From Eledone cirrhosa (lineage: Eukaryota), in NCBI GenBank assembly GCA_964016885.1, contig OZ024741.1:21886001-21950000 (forward strand): a DNA stretch of 64,000 nt, given 5' to 3'. Both the position numbers and the translations under genes were made by a program. Shown here piece after piece: positions 13,421 through 27,295 of this stretch. The first letter of the stretch is position 1. Every line of letters starts with the position of its first letter. The notes beneath the pieces are model-generated. The model ran no database searches. It worked only from the letters and a program-made list of their open reading frames with translations, and was not told the origin of the DNA.

Positions 13421-13451
<31 letters not shown>

Positions 13452-13742
13452 CCCACCTATCTATCTATCTATCTATGGGCCTTCTCTCCATATCAGCCTG
13501 TAGGTTGAGGAAAAGGAGGAGGAGAGGAAAGGAGTACAAGCTCTTCGTACTCCTGGAGATGAGGGTTGCACATTTTTTTCGGGGGTCTGTGTTACCCATA
13601 TAAACTGTCTCCCTCTATTGGGGAAAATCGACTAACTTTTAAATTCCATCTGTGATAACATTTTACACGTTTTTATTGTATGTAAACTTCCCCCTTTGTA
13701 TTTGTCCCCTTCTTTTGTGCCCCTGTGGCTAATAAAGAAATA

Positions 13743-13796
<54 letters not shown>

Positions 13797-13801
13797 CCCA
13801 C

Positions 13802-13846
<45 letters not shown>

Positions 13847-14808
13847 AGGCGCTCGCCGCCCTCTGGCAGGCGGATCCGGTTATCAGTGGAGACTCCACCG
13901 CAACATTCTATAGAGGGCTGGTACGCAGCAGGTGCGACGACGCCCTCGGAGAAGCCCTAGACATGGAGGAGGACGAACTGGCCAGCCTGTTCGGTAGGAC
14001 ATTCAGCCCGGGACCTATGGACAATTTCCAGAAGTCCCTGGCCTGGCAGTGCTACCGAGGGGCTTTACCCGTTCGAGAAAGGCTCTACAGACACGGGCGT
14101 CCGGGTAGGGACCCCGCCAAAAAGATCTGTCCCAGATGCGTGTGCGACGAGGAAACCGTTGCACACGCATTGGTACACTGCTCGGGCGTAGCCGATCTGT
14201 GGGGCTATGTCGAACAACTGCTGTCAAGGGTGGGACCGATCCGGTTGACCACCGAGTCTATTGTAATGATCAAGCCGCCTCCCCCCTTCAAAGATGAAGC
14301 AGAGGCGGTGTTTCTGTGCGTAATAGCCATGGCGAAAGAGGTTGTATGGTGGACGCGTCTGAAAGGACTGAGGTCAGGCACCTTTCTCTCTGGCCAACAA
14401 CTGGTCCGTTTCTTCCGATATCATTTCGGAAGAAGGATCAGGATGGAGAGAGAGGTGCTGCACCCCAGCCGTTTCTATGAAAGATGGGTGAAAGTGGCGA
14501 GAATGGCCCGTGTGAATGGGCCTTCACTCTACATCAGACTATAGGTGAGGAAGATGAAAGACCAAGGGAGCACCCCTTCTCTGTGCTCCTGAGGAGAAGG
14601 GTTGCACACTTTTTTCGGGGGTGTGTGCGACCCCCCAAGGCGCCTCCTCTCTATTGAGGATTTTGTTAAAAATTTTATTTTTTGTTATATCTTATTTTAT
14701 TTTTATATTTTGTTATTGCCTCCTCCTTATTGAGGACGCCTTTTTGTGTAAACTCCCCCCTTTGTACTTGTCCCACTTTTGATGCCCTAGTGGCAAATAA
14801 AAGAAACA

Positions 14809-14855
<47 letters not shown>

Positions 14856-15491
14856 TTATCTATCTATCTATTAGAGAGGTGCTTGGCCACAGGCAGTTTT
14901 ATGAAAGGTGGGTGATAGTGGCGAGAATGGCTCGTGTAAATGGGCCTTCTCTGTATACCATCCTGTAGGTAAAGAAGTGAAGGAGAGGGGAGCACCTTCT
15001 CCATGTGCTCCCCGGGAAAAGGATTGCACACTTTTTCGGGGCTGTGTGCAACCCCCATCACGTCCCCTCCCTTTTGAGGTTGTTTTCGATTATTTTCATG
15101 TCTCCGGACAACAATTGATTCCCTTCTTTAAGTATCACTTTAGAAGGAGAATCAGGGTGGAGAGAGAGGCACTGCACCCCAGTAAATTTACTGAAAGGTG
15201 GGTGAATGAAGCGAAAATGGCCCGAGTGATTGGGCCTTCTCTGTTTATAAGCCTGTAGGTTGAGGAAGAGAGCAAAAGGAAGAAAGGAGCACTTGCACAA
15301 CACGCTCCTTGAGTTGAGGGTTGTTCTATCGACGGGGTATTAAACAACCCATTTGTGGCGCCTCCCCCCTATTGGGGATTTCGATTGTTGAAATTGTTTG
15401 TTTTTATATTTTTTACACGACTGTATGTAAAATCCCCGGCATGTCTTTGTATTGTCCCCTTTCTTGTTGCGCCCTTGTGGCTAATAAAGAA

Positions 15492-15571
<80 letters not shown>

Positions 15572-15580
15572 CTCTTTCTG
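12503..15580 (+). mobile_element. Chain of seven 5'-truncated Tx1-clade 3' ends, mostly separated by (TATC)n
   Basis: Fragments start at ~12503, 12860, 13278, 13475, 13846, 14872 and 15101. All but the 14872 piece end gtggc(t/a)aataaa(a)gaaa..(tatc)n. Most encode the ORF2 C-terminus (ERWV..A.MARV.GPSL). Confidence 0.9.
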
Positions 15581-15788
15581 TCTAACGTGTGGAATATCGC
15601 CGGTAAGTTTTTTGTTAATTTCTATGCAAAAAACCGATCTAATTGTTGGAAAAAAATACAACACTTTGTAGATTAACCCCCAAGCTGAATTGTCAGCTGG
15701 GTGGTAATCCCATTTTTCGCCCCTGTAGGGGCGAACATTTTATTTAAAAGTTTGTTTTAAAATATCAAATTTTACAAAGTAAAAAAAC

Positions 15789-17667
15789 TTGAGCAACACT
15801 AGCACGCTGGAGAACGTTAATAGAGAAAAGAGAGAGAAAGAGGCAGATATTAACGTTATATCTGCTTCTGCTGCTATGGACGTTGCCATAGATACTGTCA
15901 CAAAAGAAAAAAATATATCAACATTTGAAAATGTTACAATTTCTACCGCCGAAGCGGAGAAAAATGACAATAACACACGGGAAAACACGGCAAAAAAACC
16001 CATTGACATACATACACATGAAAAAGACATCAACAACTCTACAGATACATCTACACATAAAATTTCCAACAACGATAACATCATTATTAACAACAACATC
16101 ACACAAAAAAAGAAAATGTCTTTTGCTGACACAGTCAACAAGAAACAAGATTTTATAAATCTTGATATCTCCAACGCAAGAGATATGCTCCAGCAAGGGA
16201 GAAAATTTGTAACTTTCGAAGAAAGAGGTGGGTTTAGAATTAACTCACCCCTTGAAATAAAGGAAGACACAAACCGCCGATCAGTCACTTTTAGGACTGT
16301 GTCAAATTCGTCAAGAAAACCGACATTTGTTAATCAGTCAGATATAGAAGATTCTTTCAAGGAGATTCTAGGAAATGTCGATTTTCTCCAGCGAGGAAAA
16401 CAGTACGGAAGTGTTTCCGTACTGTTTAAAAGCGAGGCACTGGCCCCAAAAAACTCTGTGACACCAGTAGTGTCAAAAGCATACACCTTTTTCCCTACAT
16501 ACATGGGGAAAAGGACACAAAAAATAAAAATAAAAAACATACCTCCAAGCATTAACATCTGGTGGATCTTGGCTGGCTTCGTAGAGCCAGAAACAGACAT
16601 AATACTTTCGATACGAAAATCCATTCGACAAAGGTGGGCGGGCACCGATTTGGAGATTCTGTTGCAAATGAAACCGGAGAGAATCTCCAAAATGCCCGAA
16701 AGAGTCGTTATTGATAATAACAACAAAATAAACATTTCGGTAGAAGGAAGAAAATTTCACTGCTTTCGCTGTGGTAGCACATCTCACCTAAAAGCCCCTT
16801 GTCCACAAACACACAACAGCAACATCATAAAAAAAAACGCTATTACCAACACCAACACCAAAACAACCACCACCACCACCACAAGTACAACGACAGACGA
16901 AACGAGCAACCACACCAAAACAAACAGACACTCAACCAACAACAACAGAAAAAACAGAGACAACACCCCTGAAGAACACATCCCCACTCCATCCCACTCC
17001 ATCAAACACTACCACAAACACACATACCGAAACACCACCACCACCACACAACATACCCTTACCCCACACACCTGACGATGATTATTCATCGACGGATGAA
17101 GCTGCTTCTCCTTCTTTAAGTGAAGAAGAGGGAGAACCGCGGAAATCCCCAAAACAAAAAAAGAGACACCACAAAACCCCCAAAACTCCAATCACCAACA
17201 CCAACACACAACCACAGACACAAACAACAACACAAACAACACCACAGTCAAATATCCCCCTATCAGCAAAACCAGCACCAACACCACCCCAAACACAAGC
17301 ACCCACCATAAAAAGAAAACTCCCGGATGAACAACAAACTAAAACAATACAACAAAAACACAAACAACAATACGCATACATCAACACAAACAACAAGAGT
17401 TTGATGGAGGTCATCTCCCAAAACCCCAAGGTGGAGACGGAGGGCAAAACTTTCGTCAAGGCAGAATCGTCTCCACACCTTAAACTTATAAGGGTTTCTA
17501 TGGAAACCTATAAAGACCTGAAAATTAAATTTTCACAGGACGTGGGCAACCCCTGCCACAAACCCATCAACCGCGTCCTGTTGAAAGGTTTCCCCACCCC
17601 ACCCAACACCCCATCCAGCACCCAAATGGAGATTGAACAACCCGATCTCCAGGAAACGAAAAGGTAA
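15789..17667 (+). pseudogene. Tx1 A ORF1 (gag-like, CFRCGSTSHLKAPC knuckle), frameshifted in the low-complexity linker
   Basis: ORFs 15789-17075 and 17401-17667 align with the intact ORF1 at 38602-40434. Confidence 0.85.
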
Positions 17668-17708
17668 GTGCACCTTTCGTCCTTTTTCTCCAACTTTTCT
17701 TCACCAAC

Positions 17709-20700
17709 ATGGCTGGTTTACGAGTTGGAACCGTGAATGTGCGTGGCCTAGGGATGCCCTGGAAACAGGGCCAACTTTTAAACGACCTTAGGTCACACAG
17801 TATGGATGTGATAGCCATCACCGAGTCCAGAATCCACAACAGGCAGCAACTAACCCCCATCTTCGACGACTTTGAGATCTACGCATCTCTCTGTCAGCCA
17901 GGAGGTGGAGGTGGAGGGGCTGTTATGTTTCGGAAGAACCTGGACGTCGGAGTACAGCAAGTACACTTGGACCCGGAGGGTAGACTGGTAGTCCTAGACG
18001 TGAACAGTATCGGAGGTGGAGCCTTCAGACTGGTGGCCGTTTATGCCCCGACCGGGCAATCGCAATCACGGCCAGACTTCTTTAAGCGTCTAGAGTCTTT
18101 TCTGGGAACGTCTCGCTCCTTACTTTTAGTGGGGGACTGGAATGGTATCCTAGATGCACGATGGGACTATGTGGGAGCATGTCCCAGTAGAGCGGGGTGC
18201 AACAGCCTCAAAACTTTAATCGGCCAATTCCAACTGGCCGATAGGTATCGACTGGATTTCCCGACTGCACCACAGTGGACGTGGGTAAACCGCAGTGGGA
18301 CATCTAGATCGTATTTAGATAGGTTCTTCATTAGAGAAAGGGACAAGGATATGTTAAGCTGTCCACGAATGCACATGGTTGCCTATTCAGATCACAAGTT
18401 AGTCGTCTGCTTAGTCAACCGTGATAGAATACATAGACAGGGTCCCGGATACTGGAAGCTGAACGTGTCGTTGCCGGCACGTAAAGCTTACAGTGAACGG
18501 ATAAGTAAACTAGTCAAGCAACGGTTAACGGGAGCCATCGTCAACAATAGATGGTGGTACTCTCTCAAGAAAGCAATTTGAATAGAATCGATAGGGTATA
18601 GCAGAGAGTTAGCCTTAGAGAAAAACAGAATAGAAAGAGAACTAGTAGCCAAGGTAGAGGAGGCACTTAGAAGTGGCAACGCGGCTAGAGTGTTAGCGTC
18701 GAGAACGGCACTGGACCAGTTCTTCGATGCGAAACACGAAGGCTGCGTGGTCAGAAGCAAAACACGTGCTCTAGGAAACGAAGGAGCGAAAGCTGTCAGC
18801 TGGGCCCGAGTGGCGGAGGCAAAAAGTGGCAACAAGTCCACGATTCGGTCTTTGAAAGACCAAAACGGACGCGTGCTACTTGACCCCAAGCAAATGTGCG
18901 CGGCCTTTCAGCGGCACTTTGCGCGACTGTTTGAGCAGAACGACGGTGAGCCGAACGGGGCAATGGACTTTAGTTCATACCTCGACGGCCTGCCGCGTCT
19001 CTCGAACACGGACGCCGAGTTCTGCGAAAGACCGATCACGGACACTGAGATACGGGACGCTCTGGGCCGCTGCGGGAAACGCAAGTCACCCGGTCTAGAT
19101 GGTCTACCCTACGAATTTTACATAGGCATGCCGGACTTGTTCTCTGGCGTCCTCGAAGCCGTCTACTGCAATTGGCAGCAGAACGGGAGAATTCCCAGTT
19201 CTGCAAGCAAGGGCGTAGTAACGCTGATCAGGAAAGACGAGAACAAGGGGGACGAAATTAACAACTTCAGGCCCATAACTCTGCTCAACACAGAGTTAAA
19301 GATTTTGGCCAAGGTGCTAGCGACGAGGTTGGCGCTTGTCGTCGAGAACCTGGTAGGGAAAGCGCAAACGTGTGCAATCCCGACCAGGTCCATACACGAC
19401 AACTTCCACCTCATGCGATACATCATAGAGAGGGTAGGTAGTAAACCCGGCTTCGGTGGGGCTCTGATCAACTTGGATCAGTCTAAGGCATTCGATAGGG
19501 TCGACCATCGATACTTGGAAGCGGTTCTCAAGGCGGCCGGTTTCGGTCCCGTGTTCAGAGGATGGATCGAGGCGATGCACACCAGCATCTGCTCGAGGGT
19601 CAAGGTGAACGGCTACCTATCGGAGCCGTTCGCAATCACGCGTTCCATTCGACAGGGATGCCCTCTCTCCTCCATTCTGTATGTATTGACTACTGCGGAA
19701 ATTGGAGCTGTTGCAGGGCATCCCCCTAGAACCGGGACTGCGCAAAGCGGCGTCGGCTTATGCCGACGACGTAACGGTAATGGTGTCGAGCACCTCGGAA
19801 ATCGGGGTGATCGGCAACATACTGAAAGAATACGAAACGCTGACGGGAGCAAAACTAAACCCAGACAAGTCTGTCGGTTTGCAACTCGGTACGTGGAGAG
19901 GCAAACCGATGACATCCGACAGCATCGTTGGACGCTGGACGGACGGACCGGTGAAATTGCTCGGGGTCTGGTTCGGTCCAGACCTCCAGGTGGAGAAAAA
20001 CTGGAACGAGGTCACGGCCAAGGTGTTTGCACTCACTCAGAAGTGGGCAGAGTGCAAACTGTCCTTGAAAGGTCGAGCGGAGGTGGCGAACACTTTCATA
20101 GCGTCCGTCATCTACTACCGCTTGACTGTCGTGCCTTGTCCCCGTGAACACCTCGCCAAGATGGAACGCATGCTCTTCCAGTTTCTGTGGAAGAAGCAGG
20201 CTCCGCTGGTGAGGAGATCCGTCTGCTGTCAGCACCCTTCCAACGGAGGGCTGGGAATGCCGTGGCTCATGATGCGCAAACATGCGCTGAGGCTGCGGCA
20301 TCTCCAGGTATTCCTCACCGACCCCCAACCGGTGTGGGCACCGTTTGTGAGACAGGCTTTCCCACAGCTCGTCTCGCTAACGGAGCTGCAGTCCTGGGTG
20401 AAGAAAAGACCGAAAACGATGGGCGCCTGGCACATTGAATGCGCTCAGGCGCTCACAGTCCTCTGGCAAGCGGGCGCAGCAATCAGTGGAGACTCCACTT
20501 CGACATTCTATAGAGGGATTGTACGTTACAAGGGCGACGACGTGCTCGGAGAGACTCTGGGCGTCGAAGACGATGAGCTCACCAGTATGTTTGGTAGGAC
20601 TTTCCGCCCGGGACCTATGGACAACTTCCAGAGGTCCCTGGCCTGGCAGTGCTACCGAGGAGCTCTACCGGTTCGTTACAAGATCTACAGGCACGGACGC

Positions 20701-21144
20701 CCTGGCAGGGATCCTTCCAAGAGGACGTATCCAAGATGTGCGCAGGACATTGAAACAGTTCTGCACGCAATTGTACACTGCCCGGGCGTAAGCGACCTGT
20801 GGAACTATGCAGAACAACTGCTGTCGCGTATGGGACAAATACAGTTGACTGCCGAGTCCATAGTAAGGATCAAACCGCCAGACTCTTTCAAAAACGAAAG
20901 AGAGGCGGTTTTCCTCTGTACGGTGGCTATGGTGAAAGAAGTTATATGGTGGACGAGGTTGAGAGGACTGAGGACAGATGCCTTTCTCTCCGGACAACAA
21001 TTGATTCCCTTCTTTAAGTATCACTTTAGAAGGAGAATCAGGGTGGAGAGAGAGGCACTGCACCCCAGTAAATTTACTGAAAGGTGGGTGAATGAAGCGA
21101 AAGTGGCCCGAGTGATTGGGCCTTCTCTGTTTATAAGCCTGTAG
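17709..21144 (+). pseudogene. Tx1 A ORF2 (APE-RT-Cys), one stop and one frameshift
   Basis: ORF pieces 17709-18581, 18690-~19690 and 19702-21144. Confidence 0.9.
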
Positions 21145-21408
21145 GTTGAGGAAGAGAGCAAAGGGAAGAAAGGAGCACTTGCACAACACGCTCCTCGAGT
21201 TGAGGGTTGTTCTATCGACGGGGTATTAAACAACCCATTTGTGGCGCCTCCCCCCTATTGTGGATTTCGATTGTTGAAATTGTTTGTTTTTATATTTTTT
21301 ACACGACTGTATGTAAAACCCCCGGAATGTCTTTGTATTGTCCCCTTTCTTGTTGCGCCCTTGTGGCTAATAAAGAAATCTATCTATCTATCTCTCTCTC
21401 TCTCTATC

Positions 21409-24400
21409 AGACGTGTGGAATTTCGCGGAGAAGTTTCCGTTAATTTATGTAAGAAAAAAACATGAGTTTTTAGTTAAATTTTATATCATTGTGTAACTTG
21501 ACCACCCGTCTGGACCTTCAGGTGGTGGGTCAACTCATTTTCGCCCCTACAGGGGCGGAATATCCATTTAAATATTTTTCTCCATCGAATCTTGGAAAAA
21601 ATATTGTAAAATTTTGATTACGTTATGAACGCTGCGTCCAACGATAATGGTGGTGGAGAGGCGGTAAGACTACAAAGCTCGCAGTCAACAACGTCTTCTT
21701 CACTAGATACTATAGAGATGGAAAGACGAAATGAAAATGTAAAAACGAATTCGTATCCAAACAACACAAATGACACCAAACAGTTCAATGACAACAAAAA
21801 TAACAGCAACACCAATAATGATGATAAAATCAACAATGATAACAACAACAAAGAAAAAAATAAAGACAACACCAATAACACCAGCATCAAAGACAACAAC
21901 AACACCAAGGAAAATACGAACAATACCAACATCGGTGACAACAAGAATAACAACAAGAATAACAACAATAATGACAACACCACCAATACGGATTCCACAA
22001 AGAAACCAAAAATCTCCTTTGCAGAGAAAGTTCAAAAAAAGGAAGAATTGATATATCTCGACATAACAAATGCTGAACAACTTTTAAAGGACGCTCAGAG
22101 ATATGTTAGTTTCGAAAAAAATGGTGCTTTCAGCATCAATTCTCCGGTAGAAATTCGCAAGGAAACTGCTCTCAAAACGATAGTTTTTAGGACAGTTACC
22201 AATTCTACCTGAAAACCAGTCCAATTGTCACAGAAAGAAATTGAACTGGTTTTCAAAAATTCAATGAATGATATTGCATTCATTCAAAGAAGCAAACTTT
22301 TTGGGAGTATTTCGGTACTCATGAAGGATCAATTGACGGCCCAAAATTACTCTGTGTCGCCAATTGTATCCAACCTGTACACCTTTTTCCCTACATACAT
22401 GGGAAAAAGGACACAAAAGATCAGAATCACGAGTGTCACACCAAAGGTGAACATATGGTGGATACTGTGCGGCTTCATCAATTTTGATGAAGACAGAATA
22501 CTGTCAGTAGGAAAGTCCCCCAGAGATGTATTCAATGGGACTAGCATTGAAGTTCTGGTGCAAATGAGCCCAGAGCGAATAGCTATGATCCCACAGCGTG
22601 TACTCCTGGACGGACTCACCTACATAAACCTTTCGGTTGAGGGTAGGCGGCCTTCATGTTACCATTGCTTTAGCAGGGGTCACCTGAGGGCTTCCTGTCC
22701 TAAACTAATGAACCAAAAAAAGGCTCTGCTGCCGACACCCATCAAAACAACACAACCACCAACACCACCACAACAACAACAACACCAACACACAAAAATA
22801 ACCACAACAAACACAGTCCCACCCAACCCCACTCCACCTAAAACCACTGCAAAATCACATACAGACACAACAGCTCCCCAAGACATACCCCTCCCCAATC
22901 ACACAGACGATACAACAGATGAGGCTATCTCGCCATCACCCAGTGAAGACGAGGGAGAACCCCATCGATCGAAAAGAAAGAAAAAACATCACAAAAGCAA
23001 AAAACCAGTAAACACTACCACAAACATACACCCACCAACACAAACAACAAAAATATCACAAACAAAACCCCCACCTCCTGAAAACAAAATACCTACAACA
23101 AAACGAAAGCACACACAAGAACTACAGACAAAAACAAACACAACACAAGAAAATTACACTTACACTTACATAAACACTGAAAACAAAACACTAATGGAGA
23201 CCATCACGAACGACCCTTCGGTGAAAACCGAAGGGAAAACTTTCGCCCACTCTATTAAAAATAGCAAAAAACTGAACCTAAAACTGATTAGGGTCCCTAT
23301 ACAAACTTATAGGTCCCTAAAAGAAACATTTAAGAAGGATGTCGGGAATTCCTGCGTGAAACCACTCAACCGCGTCCTTCTCAAATGTCTCCCCACCACA
23401 GACACCCCCATCCCACCAGACCCCACCCCACCAAACATCTCCGTCCCCACCCCGCCGGAAACCACCACCCATCCAGACAACCCCTCCAACACCCCCATGG
23501 AAATCGTGCGGCCTGGTCCCCAGGAGACGAAGGGTGAGTGATCTCTTTTCCTCTTTTAACTTTTCAGCACCAACATGGCCAATATAAGAGTTGGATGTGT
23601 GAACGTACGCGGCCTGGGGATGCCCTGGAAACAGGGCAAACTCTTAAACGACCTCAGGTCGCACAGTATGGATGTGGTAGCCATTTGCGAGTCCAGGATC
23701 CACAGCGAGCGACAGCTAGCCCCCATCTTCGATGACTTTGAGATCTACGCATCTCTCTGTCAACTGTTGGGGCGGAGTTGCCGTTTTGCTGCGGAAACAC
23801 CTGGGCCTCGTAACACAGACGGTACATCTGGACCCGGAGGGTCGACTGGTGGTCCTAGACGTTGACGGTAGTGAAGGTGGAGCCTTCAGGCTGGTGGCCG
23901 CATATGCCCCATCCGGGACACCGCGGCCAGACTTCTTCAAACGTCTAGAGACTTTTCTGGGAACGTCCCGCTCCTTGCTTTTAGTGGGGGACTGGAATGG
24001 AATCCTAGATGCACGTTGGGACTATGTGGGAGCATGTCCCGATAAAGGGGGGTGTAACAGCCTCAAACAGTTAATCGACCGATTTGACCTGGCTGATAGA
24101 TATCGACTAGATTTTCCGACTGCGCCACTGTAGACGTGGAGTAATCGTAGCGGAACATCTAGATCGTACCTAGATAGGGTTCTAGTTAGAGATAAGGATA
24201 GGGACATGTTAAGCTGTCCACAAATGTTCATAGTTGCCTATTCAGATCACAAACTAGTGACCTGCATGGCCAACCTTGATAGAACCCATAGACAAGGACC
24301 CGGCTACTGGAAGCTGAACTTGTCGTTACCGACAAGCAAAGCCTACAGTAGACGGATTAGCACTTTAGTTAAACAGCACTTGACAGGGGCCATTGTCAAC

Positions 24401-27226
24401 AACAGATGGTGGTACTCTCGCAAGAGGGCTGTTAGATTAGACTCGATAGTTTTTAGTAAAGAATTAGCGTTAGATAGAAATAGAACCGAGAAGGAACTGG
24501 TAGATAAAGTAGAAGAGGCAATTAGAAGTGGCAACGTAGCCAGCGTGCTAGCAACGAGAACGGCCTTGGACCAGTTCTTCGACGCAAAGCACGAGGGCTG
24601 CGTTGTCAGAAGCAAAATACGTGCTCTGGGAAACGAGGGAGCCAAAGCTGTTAGCTGGGCCCGAGTGACGGAGGCAAAAAGTGGCAACAAGTCCACGATT
24701 CGGTCTTTGAAGGATCAAAACGGACGCGTGATACGTGAGCCGAAGCAGATGTGTGCGGCTTTTCAGCGGCACTTTGCTCAGCTGTTCGGGGGGGGGGGGG
24801 GCGTGAGAGGCTATAGATTTCGGTCCATACCTCGACGGCCTACCGCGACTCTCGGACAGCGAGGCAAAGTTCTGCGAAAAGCCGATTTCAGCCACTGAGA
24901 TAGGGGACGCGCTGAGCCAATGCGGCAAACGCAAATCTCCAGGTCTCGACGGTCTACCCTACGAATTTTACGTAGCAATGCCGGACTTATTCTCCGGTCT
25001 CCTGGAAGCGGTCTACTGCAACTGGCAACAGAACGGGAGAATTCCCAGTTCTGTAACCGGGGGCGTGGTCACGTTAGTCAGGAAGGACGAGAATAAGGGG
25101 AATGACATAGGCAACTTCCGGCCCATAACTCTGCTAAACACAGAGTTACAGATTTTGGCCAAGGTGTTGGCAAAGAGGCTGGCGCTTGTCGTCGAAAACC
25201 TGGTGTGAGAAGCGCAGACATGCGCAATCCCGACCTGGTCCATACACGACAACCTCCACCTCATGCGATACATCATAGAGAGGGTAGGGTGTAAACCCGA
25301 CTTCGGTGGGGCCCTGATCAACTTGGATCAGTCTAAGGCTTTCGATAGGGTTGACCATCGTTACCTGGATGCGGTGCTCGAGGGGGCAGGCTTCGGTCCC
25401 GTGTTCAAGGGCTGGATTGCTGCAATGCACAACAGCAACATCTGCTCAAGGGTCAAGGTGAATGGCTACCTCTCAGAGCCGTTCCATATTACGCGATCCA
25501 TTCGACAGGGATGCCCTCTCTCCTCCCTTCTGTACGTACTGACTCTCAAGCCACTACTGCGGAAGTTGGAGCTATTGCAGGGCATCCCTTTGGAACCGGG
25601 ACTGCGGAAAGCGGCGTCGGCCTACGCCGACGACGTGACAGTAATGGTGTCGAGCGTCTCGCAAATCGAGGAAGTCGCCACCTTACTGAAAGAATACGAA
25701 AGTTTCACAGGAGCGAAGCTGAACCGGGACAAATCCATCGGTTTGCAACTCGGATCGTGGAGAGGCAAACCGATGCCTTCTGATGGCGTCGTCGGACGCT
25801 GGACGGAAGGACCGGTAAAGCTGCTCGCGGTCTGGTTTGGTCCGGACGTCCAGGTGGAGAAGAACTGGAACGAAGTGACGGCCAAGGTGTTTGCACTTAC
25901 CCAGAAGTGGGCCGAGTGCAAACTATCCTTGAAAGGTCGAGCGGAGGTGGCGAACACTTTTATAGCGTCCGCCATCTACTACCGCTTGACCGTCGTGCCT
26001 TGTCCAGCCAAAACGCTCGCCAAAATGGAACGCGCGCTCTTCCGATTCCTTTGGAAGAGGCGGGCTCCTTTGGTGAGAAGATCCATCTGCTGCCAACACC
26101 CTTCTAACGGAGGGCTGGGGATGCCGTGGTTGACGATGCGCAAACACGCGCTCAGGCTGCGGCATCTCTACGTATTCCTCACCGGACAACCGGTGTGGGC
26201 CCCGTTCGTGAGGCGAGCCTTCCCACGACTCGTCTCGCTGACCGAGCTGCAGTCTTGGGTCAAGCAAAGACCGAGGAAAATGGGCGACTGGCACATCGAA
26301 TGTGCTCAGGCGCTCACAGCCCTCTGGCAGGCGGACCCGGCGATCAGCGGAGACTCCACTTCGTCATTCTATAGAGGGTTGATCCGCTGCATGTGCGACG
26401 ACGCGCTCGGTGAAACTCTAGGCGTAGAGGAAGATGAACTGGCCAGTCTGTTCGGTAGGACCTTCCGCCCGGGACCGATGGACAACTTCCAAAAGTTCCT
26501 GGCCTGGCAGTGCTACCGAGGAGCTCTACAGACATGGGCGCCCGGGCAGGGACCCTGCAAAAAAGATCTGTCCGAGGTGCGTGCGAGACGAAGAAACCGT
26601 CGCGCACGCATTCATACACTGCCCGGGCGTCACTGACCTGTGGGGCTATGTAGAACGACTATTGTCGCGGGTGGGACCAATCCAGTTGACCACCGAGCCC
26701 ATTGTCATGATCAAACCGCCACCCTCCTTCAAAATCGAAGGAGAGGCGGTTTTCCTTTGTGTGATAGCTATGGCGAAAGAGGTTGTATGGTGGACAAGGT
26801 TGAAAGGGCTGAGGTCAGACACCTTTCTCTCCGGCCAACAACTGATTCTTTTTTTCAAATACTACTTTGGAAGAAGAATCAGGATGGAGAGAGAGGTGCT
26901 GTACCCCAGCAAGTTTTATGAAAGGTGGGTGAAAGTGGCGAGAATGGCCCGAGTGAATGGGCCTTCTCTCTATATTAGCCTGTAGGTTGAGGAAAAGGAG
27001 GAGGAGAGGAAAGGAGTACAAACTCTTCGTACTCGTGGAGATGAGGGTTGCACATTTTTTTTCGGGGTTATGTGTTACCCATATAAACTGTCTCCCTCTA
27101 TTGGGGAAAATCGACTAACTTTTTAAATTCCATTTGTGATAACATTTTACACGTTTTTATTGTATGTAAACTTCCCCCTTTGTATTTGTCCCCTTCTTTT
27201 GTGCCCCTGTGGCTAATAAAGAAACA
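21409..27226 (+). mobile_element. Full-length Tx1-clade element, subfamily B (degenerate)
   Basis: ORF1 21625-23541 (internal stop at 22210-22212; CYHCFSRGHLRASC); ORF2 23575-26985 in several pieces; long (TATC)n at 27227-27295. Confidence 0.92.

Positions 27227-27295
<69 letters not shown>

Larger units (their letters stand above)
15584..21378 (+). mobile_element. Full-length Tx1-clade non-LTR retrotransposon, subfamily A
   Basis: ORF1 with CCHC knuckle plus ORF2 APE-RT with L1/Tx1 motifs (GPGYWKLN, KSPGLDGLPYEFY, LDQSKAFDRVDH, SIRQGCPLS, AYADD, GGLGMP); (TATC)n on both sides. Confidence 0.93.

Noticed and set aside
15603-15671. 5' UTR intron in subfamily A (ccg|GTAAGT...ttgtAG)
   Set aside because: The donor is not conserved in the closely related B 5' UTR.
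21145-21230. Protein-level conservation of a spliced ORF1 tail in all subfamilies
   Set aside because: Frame-compatible only in A and C; B and G stop almost immediately. The similarity can be explained by conserved RNA stems.
23534-23567. Mini-intron between ORF1 and ORF2 in subfamily B (GTGAGT...ttttcAG)
   Set aside because: Only 34 nt long, and the AG is absent at this position in subfamilies A, C and G.
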